Assembly (NCBI GenBank): GCA_965208675.1
Contig: OZ242351.1
Span: forward strand, 1,024,001 to 1,088,000
Length of the DNA stretch: 64,000 bases
Source of the DNA: Candidatus Poribacteria bacterium
Lineage (GTDB): Bacteria; Poribacteria; WGA-4E; PCPOR2b
Reading direction: 5' to 3'
Position numbers and translations under genes: made by a program. Below are positions 51,609-62,573 of the stretch, in pieces. The notes beneath the pieces were generated by a model, which had not been told where the DNA came from, made no database searches, and saw nothing but the letters and a program-made list of their open reading frames with translations. Every line of letters starts with the position of its first letter. Position 1 is the first letter of the stretch.

Positions 51609-52330
51609 CGCAAATTCTCCTTATATTAGAAACAGTGGTCAGTAGACAGTGGCTAGTGACCTGTTTGTTAATGACTACTGAATACTCTACGCACCTTTAC
51701 TTAACATAATACAATAGAATTCGCTAGGTGTCAACTCCAAATTTAGAGGTAGTGGGCAGTATCCAGTTGCCAGTGACCTGTCCATTGCTTTCAGCTTGCA
51801 GGTCTAGCGTGAGCGGTAGCGGCGAAACGCGATAATTATGACGAATGAGACGCGTTCGGTTGAATGCGTTCGTGACTTGTTGGGCGTAGGGAAATTCACC
51901 CCGCAAGAACTAGGAAGAACTCTAAAAACTATCGCCTTCCCTATTCGGTCAGTTGATCCTCCTTATTAAGGAGGGGAATGGATATTGAATGAACCGAAAA
52001 GGATTGTCCGGTGTTGGCGTGAGGTTTAGGACTATCGCACTCGCTATTCAGTCGCTTGAACGTTGGGTTACGATCTGTCATAAAATGGGTACTGAGATCT
52101 TCCAGAAAGGCAGACCTGTTGGATTCATACGATTTCATTTATACTTGACAGTTACAGGAATTCATGAAAGTATGGGAAGGCTTACGATTGAGCGGCGAAT
52201 GTCGGTATACCTGGATCGGCGAGGGTGCTATGCAATCGGTGCGCCTGAATTGAATAGGTTTTCAGAACTAAATTTTGGCGTACCTACGTTAATGTCAAGT
52301 GTTTATATTCTATTTGAAAGAGAAGAGCCA

Positions 52331-55321
52331 ATGCCAGAAACGGATCAACTTTACGTGGCAGTGCCATCGGCAGGAAGACTCCACGAACATACGTTCAACA
52401 TTGAGTTTGGAAAGGTGCTGGCGGAAACAGATGCCCGCTGGCGTGCCCATTTTGATGAATACATTTTGCCAGAACGGTCGGGCACTCTTAGTTCTGGTCG
52501 GGCGGATATCTTAATTGATGACCCGCAAATGCCCGCGGCAGCCATTGAGGCGTCATTTAATCCGGCGGACGCTGATAGGGATGCTGAGGCCAGGCTAGGT
52601 CAGAATACGACACGAGGAGGTAGACCTCTGCTCGCAGTTCTGGCGTTACACATTCCGGAGGAATATTAAGGGCTTTCTGCAGATGCCGTATCCGACAAGC
52701 TAAAGGACGGATCGCAGCAGATTGGGTACGCACTGCATCAAAGCGGGTTGCGTGACGCAGATAATCGTCGGTGGCCCGCTGAAGGATTCATCCAAGGTAC
52801 CGTTCATGATGCGAGCCGCCTGATCGCCGCCTCTGCGATGCCTAATGAAGTGATAAACGCCCGCTCTGAAGAGGTGGCTCAGTTAATAAAGCAGGCGGCG
52901 GAAACGTTGAAATCGAGCCTTCACGAGAACGCACAACGGACAATAGCGGGACAAGTGGGGCAAAACTCTCCATTGGAGGGATTGAGGACTACGATGGTAC
53001 TCTGGTTGAACGCGCTATTAATCCAGCAGCGGCTGCAAGTTCAGGGAGTTAATGGCATTCCACCAGTTCCAACTGTATCGGGTGTCTCTCCGAATCCATC
53101 GGATCAGGTCGAAACGTGGCGGCGAATAATTGAAATCAACTGGCGGTCGATTTTTGAGCCAGCCGTCAACGCGTTAGCGGTTTGCGGCGACTTCCATCGC
53201 GCCGGCACTACCAAAGCTCTCAAACGTTTGATTGACGCGGTAGGTCTGATCGAAGATGCGGATTTGGGGCAACACATAAACGTGGGGGCTGAGTTATTTC
53301 CGAAGCTGGCTTCAGACCGGAAGAAGAGTGCGGCGTTCTATACGCAGCCGGCAACGGCGGAGTTACTTGCGAGTCTGACGATTAGGCAATCGGACAAACC
53401 CGAGTCGGAATGGACGCGGTCAGACTTTTTGCGCCGGTACGTCATCGCGGACTTGGCTTGCGGCACGGGCACGCTGTTACGGGAAGGCTATTTGCGTGTG
53501 CAATCTCTGCATGAATGGGCCGGAGGAACGGCGGAATCTGTCGCAGAACTGCATCGCGGTGCGATGGAACACGGGTTAAGAGGTACCGACATCAGTCCGA
53601 TTGCAGCGCACCTGACCTCATCAAGTCTCGCGAATATCGGAAAGGGTGAAAGTTACAGTGAAACTCAGATTGGTTGGGTAAGGGTTGGCGGTACAACAGC
53701 ACTGACTGGTGCTCTCGAATACCTCGCTAATCAGTTTGCAGAAGATTTGTTTGGGGTAAGTTTCGGCAGGGCTAGCGGTGTTCAAAACGAGGCGACGAGC
53801 GTGAAGATGCATGACGGCAGCGTGGACTGGGTTCTTATGAATCCACCGTATTCTAGAACACGCGGCGGCCAAAGCGCTTTTGATTTGACAAACTTAACGA
53901 AAGAGGATCGGAAGCGATGCCAGAAACGGTGGAAGGAATTGGTTAAGGACGAACCCGCGAGTTTGCGTGCTGGCATGGCTGCATCGTTCCTAGCGCTAGC
54001 CAAACACAAGGTCAAGGCAGGAACAGGTCGAATTGGATTTGTACTGCCCCTCACATGCGCTTTCGCCGATACGTGGACGAAAACGCGTCGAATGATTGAA
54101 GCGGAATTCACGGATATAGTCTTGATTGCGACCGCAAGCGGGGCTTCGCTTAAGCATGAGAGTTTTTCCGCGGACACGGGCATGGAGGAGATGTTATTGG
54201 TCGCAACGCGGCGGGAAAATCCCCAGGAGAGGGTTCGTGCCGTGTTACATTGTGTAACGCTCTATAAGCCTTGCACTAGGAATGGGGAGGCAGGGGAAGT
54301 GGCACGGGCAATCGAGCAAGCGAGGGTGCGGTGCACCACGACCAACATGACACATCCGATTACCGTAGGAGACAGCGAAATTGGGTGTATCACAATGATG
54401 CACGCTAACGGTCAGGGATCGCCGTGGAACATGGTTGGAGTGACACATGGCGGGTTGGCACTAGCCGCCGATGCACTTACACGGGGGACGCTTGACTATG
54501 TTGTGAATACACCAATTCCTTTAGGAACGGAGATGGGAACCATTGAAGAGGTTTTTACTGTCGGACCAACACACGACCTAATTGGTCATCCAAGAAATGG
54601 AGATCCGAGAGGCGCATTCGAATTTCATTCGGTGACGAGCGAGGTTGACGCGATTGGAGCAGATAGGGCGTTATGGGAAGCAAGTTCTAAAAGGCAACGC
54701 TCGCTGCGTGTGTTACCGACTCACAAGGGATTTGCACCCCCGGGGGTAGGGACACCGGATCAGCGCGCACAGATGAGATTGTATGCCAGCACATTGTTTT
54801 ATGCGCGTAATATCAGGTGGACGAGCCAGGCGCTATTGTCCGCATCAACCGAGCAACCCGTACTTGGCGGACGTGCATGGACTGCGCTCATACATGAGGA
54901 TGTGCGAGTGCGGAAGGCGTTTGCGCTGTGGTGGAACTCCACTCTTGGAATGATTGTGCACTGGACACAGGGGCAACGGACGCAAAACGGACGCTCGACG
55001 ACGCAGATTGGTGCGCTGAAGAAGATTCCCTGTCCGCGCCTAGACAGACTCGCGGAGGCGGTCCTCGAAATGGCAGCCGCCCGATTTGATGATTTGTCTA
55101 ACCAAGAGTTGCTTCCGGCAAAAAATGCGGTCGAGGACCCTGTGCGGGCGCAGATTGACGCTGCGGTGACGAATATGTTTGAGATTCATAAAGCACAGTC
55201 TGTCTCAGAAGAAGTAATGCCGTTACAGAGCGTTCCAGATTCGGGCATCAGAAATGCTGTTGAAATCTTGCGGCAGTTATGGTGCGCAGAGCCATCCGTG
55301 TACGGTCAGAGAATGTCGTAG
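52331..55321 (+). pseudogene. type IIG-like fused restriction endonuclease-methyltransferase with one in-frame stop (TAA 52667-52669)
   Basis: N-terminal RADILI...IEAS nuclease-like motif; the same frame continues after TAA into AFYTQP, DLACGTG, MNPPY and a TRD-like C-terminus. Confidence 0.8.
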
Positions 55322-55569
55322 ATTTTGTAGGTGGGGTAGAAATCAACGCAGTGGATAGCGAAGGCGATAGTATTTGCCGACCCATAAAATATCGCACTCC
55401 CTGCGTGGTCGATTGATTGTTGGGTTTCATTACATGCATATCGCTAACTGTTTTGATTCATATGCTGCGCTAATCTCACCCTAAAGACGGTCTTTGAATT
55501 ACCCGTTCAATCCACCCTTCAAAAACTAACTGTTGATATTTAAAGACCGAATGCAAAGAAGAAAATTGA

Positions 55570-56526
55570 ATGAATGAAGGAAAACTGAATTTGGAAGTTG
55601 GACCTTTGCGGGAGGAAGATCCGCCTGGATTCAAAATTGAATCTTTGACATCTTATTTTGAAAAGCCGTCATATACAGTGGTAATCCGCACCCTGGATTG
55701 GAAACAATTCCCTTTTCCCTTCCACACTAACCCTCCAATTTCAGAAATACAAAGCGTAACCAAATATTCTGAGGAGCAGAATTCTCCTGTTTCAGCGACA
55801 CCGACAGATTATATAAAATTGGGAACCCCGTTGCATTACAAATCTTCCAATTCCAAGAATAACTCGGAGTTAATGGCTGACGACAGAGAAAGCGCGTACG
55901 CTGAGAATCTGGATTGGGGAAGGGTTGGGAGTCCAGCGATGGAGAGCATGAAAAAGCACGCAAAGTCAACTTTTTATGGCGTGGCGAATAATTTTCAACT
56001 GGATATAACATGGGTTAATCATAACGTCTTTATGTATTGTACTTCAACTACACCTAACACTAGCTATGAGAGAAAATTGCAACGCGAGTGCTTATCTCCG
56101 GATTACAATTTCGGGACACGCATCGCAAGTCCATCTTGTTTCGCCGCACAACTCGGTTATGAGTTCGGCAAACAAGTTGACTTCGAGAAAAACCTGAAAT
56201 CCGATCCCCCGGGCTGGCACTTGATTAACGCTTACTTCCGACGACAATCCAAGTGCTTAGGTGAGTATCTCATCCATGTAGATCATGGTCCGGTATGCTA
56301 TTTGCCGGAAGAAAAAATCGAGAGAACGATGAATCAGGTATTTGATTCAGATTCTGATAATATCTTACCATTTTTAAAAAGGACAGAATACCAAGGGCAG
56401 CAGGAGTACAGGTTTGTAATCAGCGTTCAGTTTCAAAGAATTGCCAACCATAAGGATGAAAAAAATCAAACCTTCTTCCTGAAGGTATCAGGCAAGCTCA
56501 GGAACCTTATGACTCCATTGACTTGA
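55570..56526 (+). CDS. hypothetical protein (weak DUF2971-like motifs)
   Basis: 318-aa ORF; FMYCTS and FLK..EY..Q.EYRF motifs. Confidence 0.7.
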   Translation: MNEGKLNLEVGPLREEDPPGFKIESLTSYFEKPSYTVVIRTLDWKQFPFPFHTNPPISEIQSVTKYSEEQNSPVSATPTDYIKLGTPLHYKSSNSKNNSELMADDRESAYAENLDWGRVGSPAMESMKKHAKSTFYGVANNFQLDITWVNHNVFMYCTSTTPNTSYERKLQRECLSPDYNFGTRIASPSCFAAQLGYEFGKQVDFEKNLKSDPPGWHLINAYFRRQSKCLGEYLIHVDHGPVCYLPEEKIERTMNQVFDSDSDNILPFLKRTEYQGQQEYRFVISVQFQRIANHKDEKNQTFFLKVSGKLRNLMTPLT

Positions 56527-56622
56527 GGGTAGAAGTAACTTTATTCGAGCGCACAGTTAGAAAAATAAGAGGGCATTTGATTGGCGCCGTTTGCACTTAA
56601 TAATGGACAACGCCATAGCTCT

Positions 56623-57332
56623 TGTGGGATGGGTTGAGCGGGTAATTCGGCAATCAATTCTAAGGTAAGATTCGTCTAGAGGGTTTAACACCGCACTTAG
56701 CGAAATGCGTTTAGCGAAAACCAACGCTTTTGGTAATTGCGGCAATTATCCTACAATGGAGTCCGTTCGGATTTACGAAAAGCGTTCGGTTACGCTACAT
56801 CATTCGCGTAATTAAACAATCTGAACAATACGAACGACTATTAAAATATTGTGTGCTTTTTACCGTGTCCGCTCTACCCAACCTACAAGAGCTTGTCAAC
56901 ACTAGACGTATAGCGTACCGCTGGCAATCGGAATTCTCTCTTACTAAAATTCAACCCCTTGTAGGACCAATCTCCGAATCGCGGCACTTAATCCCGCAAT
57001 CTCAGCCTTTGTAAGTTGGGTAGACCGGCAAATAACAAAACCGTTCTGATTGCATTAACCGTGCAGGACGCGAAACAACCCGGATTGCCAATTAGGTGCA
57101 GCAAAACCCAACGCTTTTCTGCCGTCTAGAGATTTCAAAAGCGTTGGGTTTCGCTACCCACTACCAATGCTTGAACGCAGTCAACACACCAAACTTATGC
57201 CTCATAATCCACATGTTGCAACAATCCCGCTCTACCCAACCTAAAAGAGCGAGGAAGAACTATCGCGCTCCTTGTTCAGTCGCTTGATCCTTCGCTATTC
57301 GGTCAGTTAATCGATTCGGAGATTGCTGCGAC
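56623..57332. repeat. REPIN-like elements (56623-56886, 57011-57244), the second nested in another REP pair (56961/57332)
   Basis: GT(A/G)(A/G)G.TGGGT..A.CGG ... AACGCTTTT / AAAAGCGTT ... CCGCTCTACCCAACCTA; outer GTAGGACCAATCTCCGAATCG / CGATTCGGAGATTGCTGCGAC. Confidence 0.75.
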
Positions 57333-57355
57333 AGAATTTAATATGGGGATAGTGA

Positions 57356-57775
57356 TTACTGGGGTGGGGGGCGGCGGAGAGATTTGGGACGTCCGAGGAT
57401 TTCGGACAGGATTATGCCCTGGCGCACAGTCTGTGACGACAGGGAAATGCCAGCGATGGTGTCCACGTGCGGTAACTGCGCGCCGGCAGCGCGGTCCACC
57501 TCGCTTGGAGGGATTTCAGACTCGTCGGCAGAATCTTCATCGTGGGATGGTGTTTCCTCCGGCGTGGGCGGCGGTTCTTCGGTCTGCGCATGCGGCGCGG
57601 GCTGAAATTCTTCTTCCAATGGGTCGAGATTGCCCCAAGGCGGCAGAAAAACGCCATCTTCATCCTCAAGTACCTCATCGGGTTCTGACCGTTGGCGATT
57701 TTGCCTCCGCACCGCACTCACCAGCGCTATCAAGGCGAATATTACGAAAGGAATGTATTGAATCAATTCTTCCAT
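57356..57775 (-). CDS. small membrane-anchored acidic protein at the end of the floA operon
   Basis: N-terminal TM helix, acidic/Pro linker, C-terminal RQGIILSEILGRPKS motif. Confidence 0.75.
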   Translation of the reverse strand: MEELIQYIPFVIFALIALVSAVRRQNRQRSEPDEVLEDEDGVFLPPWGNLDPLEEEFQPAPHAQTEEPPPTPEETPSHDEDSADESEIPPSEVDRAAGAQLPHVDTIAGISLSSQTVRQGIILSEILGRPKSLRRPPPQ

Positions 57776-57792
57776 TGACTTTTGCCTCGTTT

Positions 57793-57822
57793 AATGCGTA
57801 ATACGTAATGCGTAATGCGTAA
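57793..57822. repeat. heptamer tandem repeat (GCGTAAT)n
   Basis: AATGCGT AATACGT AATGCGT AATGCGT AA. Confidence 0.7.
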
Positions 57823-57986
57823 GGATTTGATTAGGTCGACAAAACTCTACACATCGGCACTCAATCTTAAGGCCATCAAAAAATTGGGCTGAACCGCCCA
57901 AAGACTATCGCCTTCCGTGGGGATTTAGCGGGTTCCACAATCGTTCGGTTGACTTGGCACGCCAAAATGTCAACACGCCTCGGGCT

Positions 57987-59012
57987 TTACGAAACTCCCA
58001 GTGAATGGGATGACCGCGTTGTGTCACGATCGCCGCCCGGAACGGCGATGGATTGGCGCATCTCCGTGTCCGCAATGATGTTTCGGAGATTGTAGTAATC
58101 CATAACATTCATCCGGCTAGAAGTGAATGCGTCCGCAATACCGCGAGGCACTTCGGCTTCAGCCTCAATAAGTCCGACTGTCATCTCTTCGACGAGGGCT
58201 TTGTTTTCTTCTTCTTCCGCCTGCGCTCTCGCACGCCGTTCTTCGGCTTTAGCCCGAGCAATCTTTAATTCCGCTTGTGCTTGGTCTGTCTGCAATTTCG
58301 CCCCGACATTTTCGCCGACATTAATGTCCGCAATGTCAATGGACAAAATCTCGAATGCGGTGCCGGCTGATAACCCTTTCTCAAGGACCGTCTCTGAAAT
58401 TCGTACGGGATTTTCCAAGACCTGCTTATGGCTGGTTGCCGATCCGATTGTCGTGATGATGCCCTCACCGACTCTGGCAATAATTGTCTCTTCCCCAGCA
58501 CCGCCAACAAGCCGATCGATATTTGCTCTGACCGTCACCCTCGCCTTAACAACGAGCTGAATACCATCACGCGCAACCGCGGTGATGCCAACCCTATCGT
58601 CTCCTTTTGCAGGGATATCAATAATCTCCGGTGTGACGCTTACCTGCACGGCTTGCAGCACATCGCGCCCAGCAAGGTCGATAGCGGCTGCCCGCGCAAA
58701 GCCAAGGGTGATGTTAGCTTTATCCGCGGCGATGAGTGCGGCAACCACGCTTGCGACGTTCCCCCCTGCGAGGTAATGTGCTTCGAGATTATCGAGTGAA
58801 AGGTTTAGTCCGGCTTTCGTCGCATTTATTTGCGGGTCAATTATGCCTTTTGGCGGCACGCGGCGCAACCGCATAGCAATTAACGAAAAGATTCCAACGC
58901 GGACGTTTGCGGCGATGGCAGTAATCCATAATCGGACTGGGATGAAGGAAATCAGAAAAATGAAACCTATGACTACGACAACAGCAAGAAGGATAATTGG
59001 CAAGGTCAGCAT
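57987..59012 (-). CDS. floA: flotillin-like protein FloA (copy 2)
   Basis: [61 protein letters not shown]. Confidence 0.93.
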   Translation of the reverse strand: MLTLPIILLAVVVVIGFIFLISFIPVRLWITAIAANVRVGIFSLIAMRLRRVPPKGIIDPQINATKAGLNLSLDNLEAHYLAGGNVASVVAALIAADKANITLGFARAAAIDLAGRDVLQAVQVSVTPEIIDIPAKGDDRVGITAVARDGIQLVVKARVTVRANIDRLVGGAGEETIIARVGEGIITTIGSATSHKQVLENPVRISETVLEKGLSAGTAFEILSIDIADINVGENVGAKLQTDQAQAELKIARAKAEERRARAQAEEEENKALVEEMTVGLIEAEAEVPRGIADAFTSSRMNVMDYYNLRNIIADTEMRQSIAVPGGDRDTTRSSHSLGVS

Positions 59013-59032
59013 TTGTAAAGTCTCCTATAGAT

Positions 59033-59935
59033 TTACGACGTTAAGTTTCCTTCTCTGAACGCTGCGGCGACAGCGCGAGGGACGGACGCTTCAGCTTCAA
59101 CCACTCTTGCCCGCCTATCTTGGACATTCGCGGTCATCTCTTGCTTACGTGCGACGGCCATAGCACGGCGCTCCTCGGCTTTCGCTTGGGCAACAACAAG
59201 ATCGGCTTCAGCCTGCTCTGCCTGCAGTTCCGCACCGATATTTTTTCCAACGTTTACATCGGCGATATCAATAGAAAGAATTTCATATGCGGTGCCTGCA
59301 TCTAGCCCGCGGTCGAGCACAGTCTTGGAAATAATATCGGGGTTTTCGAGGACATCTTCGTAGGTGTCTGATGCGCCGATTGCGCTGATAATGCCCTCAC
59401 CGACGCGTGCGAGAATTGTCTCCTCACCCGCACCGCCAACGAGGCGGTTAATATTTGCCCTGACGGTGATGCGAACGGTAGCAATGAGTTCAACTCCGTC
59501 GAGAGCAACCGCACTGATCCTAGTCGTTGTGATAACGCGCGGATTTACACTCACCTGCACAGCATCAAGTACATCGCGCCCCGCTAAATCAATGGCTGCA
59601 GCGCGTTGAAAATTAAGGTCAATCTTTGCTTTATCCGCGGCAATTAATGCATTCACGACTCGCAGAACGTTACCACCTGCTAGATAGTGCGCCTCTAATT
59701 CAGGGGTAATAACTGTCAGTCCTGCTTTAGTCGCACTAACCTGTCCATTTACAATTACATTGGGGTTCACGCGACGTAAGCGCATCCCCACCAGATCGCT
59801 GACGATGCGAATACGCACACCCGCCGCCCGGGCGGCGATCCAAAGTCCAACCGGCACGAAGTAAAAAAAGATGAACAAAAAAAACAGAATTACTACGGCG
59901 AAAATTGCGATAGGCAATTGTCCCAATTCTTCCAT
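59033..59935 (-). CDS. floA: flotillin-like protein FloA (copy 1, short C-terminus)
   Basis: Same FloA motifs; AGGAG SD before ATG 59935; ends at FREGNLTS. Confidence 0.92.
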   Translation of the reverse strand: MEELGQLPIAIFAVVILFFLFIFFYFVPVGLWIAARAAGVRIRIVSDLVGMRLRRVNPNVIVNGQVSATKAGLTVITPELEAHYLAGGNVLRVVNALIAADKAKIDLNFQRAAAIDLAGRDVLDAVQVSVNPRVITTTRISAVALDGVELIATVRITVRANINRLVGGAGEETILARVGEGIISAIGASDTYEDVLENPDIISKTVLDRGLDAGTAYEILSIDIADVNVGKNIGAELQAEQAEADLVVAQAKAEERRAMAVARKQEMTANVQDRRARVVEAEASVPRAVAAAFREGNLTS

Positions 59936-60069
59936 GTCGAATCTCCTTACAATTACCGATGGCGCCACTTAGCGCTGGATTTAACTACTCAAATCCGGAA
60001 TTCTCACACTGTGTTTTTGGACTCGATAACCCACACGCAGAATAGATTGCCAAAGGATATTCACATCAT

Positions 60070-60552
60070 TCAAAAACTGCGGACTACAACTCGGTTGCTC
60101 TCAACAACAATCACTTCCACTTCTGCATCAGTCTCGATGAATTCTCCACTTGTTACAACATCTACTCTGTGACCGTCAATTAAAGCTGCACCGGCTGGCC
60201 TTAGCGGCGTAATCGCACGACCGGATTTCCCAACAAGATTACCCAGACTCTCAGACGGCGCTTGAAAACCATCGGCGCTCTTTTGAGCGGTGTCAAGAAT
60301 AAAAGTCTTGCCGAGTCTCGTGCGAGGGGCAAGCCACAGCCCAAATATTGCAATCGGAATAGTCACGATGACGACGCCGCCAGCGTACATCAATGCCGTT
60401 TCCCAGCCTGCGGATAACCACACGCTCGCCACACCAATGGAAATTAATACAATTCCCGGTATACCTGCAGCGCCAAAACCGGGGAGCAAGATAATTTCAA
60501 TGAATACCAACAAAAGACCTAAACCGATGAGGAAGATGGGCAACCAAGACAT
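60070..60552 (-). CDS. short NfeD family protein
   Basis: EIILLPGFG..GI.G TM hairpin; G.A.TPLRPAG...RVDVVT.GEFI OB domain. Confidence 0.88.
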   Translation of the reverse strand: MSWLPIFLIGLGLLLVFIEIILLPGFGAAGIPGIVLISIGVASVWLSAGWETALMYAGGVVIVTIPIAIFGLWLAPRTRLGKTFILDTAQKSADGFQAPSESLGNLVGKSGRAITPLRPAGAALIDGHRVDVVTSGEFIETDAEVEVIVVESNRVVVRSF

Positions 60553-60710
60553 GGGAATATGTAACACCTAATGCGAAAATTTTAAGGTTTATCCAATTGA
60601 ACGCTCAAGGCATTTTATTAGGTACACTCCGTGTACCATCGCGACACATATCGTTTTAAAACCCGATGTCAGCATTGTGACGCGGGTTACGGTTACTATT
60701 ATGTTTTTTA

Positions 60711-62240
60711 TCAGGTTTTGTCTATTCCTTCAACGAATATTTTGGAACCTTCAACGTCAACAATCTTTACGGACGCTTCCGCATCAACAAAATCTCCCAC
60801 GGTTACAACATCGAGCCTTTTGTTTTCAAGGCGAACGGTTCCAGACGGACGCAGCGGCGTAAGGGCGGTTGCGGTTTTGCCGAGATAGCTCTGAAAATCT
60901 TCCCTTGACGCGGAATGATAACCCAGTTCCGAATCCATGGCTGTTTCCAAAACAAAACGGTTCCAGGTACGCGTTTTGGGCAAGAGGTAAGCCAGAATTA
61001 TGGAGAATCCGAATGTCATTATAACCGACACAGAAAGCCAGAGGATTGCATCCTCAATTTCGTAAGCATTTTTGAATATATATAAGACGCTGCCGAACAT
61101 AAAAGCGATGCCCGCGATTCCTGCGACGCCAAATCCCGGAATGACAAAAATTTCTAACAACAACAATCCAATGCCGAGAACAAATGCAGTTGCAGCCCAT
61201 TCCGCTTTAATTTGAAGAAGCATATGACCACCGAAAAACAGACCGATACATAGTAGTCCAAGTACGCCGGGGACACCGAACCCGGGCGTCCGAAATTCCA
61301 CAAATAGCCCAAGTGCGCCTAATGAAAGTAGGATTGAGCTCGCCCAAGGACTCGTGAGAAAGAAAACAACCCTATCTGCCAGCGTTACCGAGACTTCTTC
61401 GATGATACTCTCTTTGAGCGATTTGATTTCTTTCACGTTATCGGAACCGAGTTCTGTCTGTTTCTGTAATATTGCTTCTTGAGTCAATGCCAAGCTGGTT
61501 CCGTTTATGTCGACTATCTTGTACAACGCCAACAGTTCTTCAACGGACTCTGCTTGTGCATCAGCCAAGTCGTACCGCGATGCTTCCTCCGCGGTGAGTG
61601 TCAACAGTTCACCGTCATCACCGCCAGCCACGATGACTTCCAGCTGCTCTCCAGCGGCTTTTCGTTCGTCATACTTGGCAGGTCTAATAGCCTCAATTTC
61701 TCCATTTTCCCCTCTGACGAGATAGAGCCGCTTATCCACCATTGCCGCGGCGACACCTGTATTCCTGCCTTGACGTTCCGCTGTTGATTTAATGGTGCCC
61801 CGGATGTACGAAACCGCTTTCTCACCGAGCGCTTCTCCTTGCATGGTAACGGGTGCAGCGTCGCCAATTGTTCCTCCGGATGTAATTACAATCTGGTCAC
61901 ATGCAAGTGAAATGAGCGCTCCCGCCGAGATAGCCTGCCGATTCACATAGGCGATTGTCGGAATCATAGTTTCCTGGATTGAGCGGACGATTTCAACAGC
62001 CGCATCTACACGGCCGCCGGGGGTGTCAATATCAAAAATTATCGCGTCGGCATTGACTTTCTCGCTCTCACGAATGCCGTTATTGATGTAGACGCTTAAA
62101 CCTCTGCCTATTTCAGTTCGTATACTGATGATGTAGACATACGCGTCGTCCTCTAAGGCAATTAGCGCGGAAATTGACAACAAACCTGCCAACATAATGA
62201 GAATGTAGGCGGCGATGCGCGTTTTTCGCTTGGTTTTCAT
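60711..62240 (-). CDS. long NfeD family membrane-bound serine protease
   Basis: IDTPGG, AISAGALI, LLTLTAEEA, TM region PGFGVAGI, C-terminal TPLRPSG OB domain. Confidence 0.9.
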   Translation of the reverse strand: MKTKRKTRIAAYILIMLAGLLSISALIALEDDAYVYIISIRTEIGRGLSVYINNGIRESEKVNADAIIFDIDTPGGRVDAAVEIVRSIQETMIPTIAYVNRQAISAGALISLACDQIVITSGGTIGDAAPVTMQGEALGEKAVSYIRGTIKSTAERQGRNTGVAAAMVDKRLYLVRGENGEIEAIRPAKYDERKAAGEQLEVIVAGGDDGELLTLTAEEASRYDLADAQAESVEELLALYKIVDINGTSLALTQEAILQKQTELGSDNVKEIKSLKESIIEEVSVTLADRVVFFLTSPWASSILLSLGALGLFVEFRTPGFGVPGVLGLLCIGLFFGGHMLLQIKAEWAATAFVLGIGLLLLEIFVIPGFGVAGIAGIAFMFGSVLYIFKNAYEIEDAILWLSVSVIMTFGFSIILAYLLPKTRTWNRFVLETAMDSELGYHSASREDFQSYLGKTATALTPLRPSGTVRLENKRLDVVTVGDFVDAEASVKIVDVEGSKIFVEGIDKT

Positions 62241-62573
62241 ATCTAACACCTGCTTTCCCCGATGGTATTATATCTTTGGCGCGTGATGTTGTCAAGCGTT
62301 TTGAGAAGCGAAATTCTCAGAATTCATACCAATTGCTCCGCATATTCCGACCGGATGACCATGCTCAAACAGGAAACAACACCTCCTTAAAATTCACGAG
62401 AGTTTTTTTGTTTAAAGCGGACGATGTGTGTTATAATTAGGCAGTGCCGTTAGCGCTTTTATTCACAGCAATATTGAGTTGCACAATATACAGCGAGGCA
62501 ATACACCGTCAGGGTTTTTCACCGCGCTAACGGCTTAACGCCGAATGTCTGCAATGCAGGAGTTCCCGCTGAT

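Noticed and set aside
51989-52330. Upstream part of ORF 51989..52669
   Set aside because: It starts beside repeat sequence and looks non-coding; the plausible start is ATG 52331
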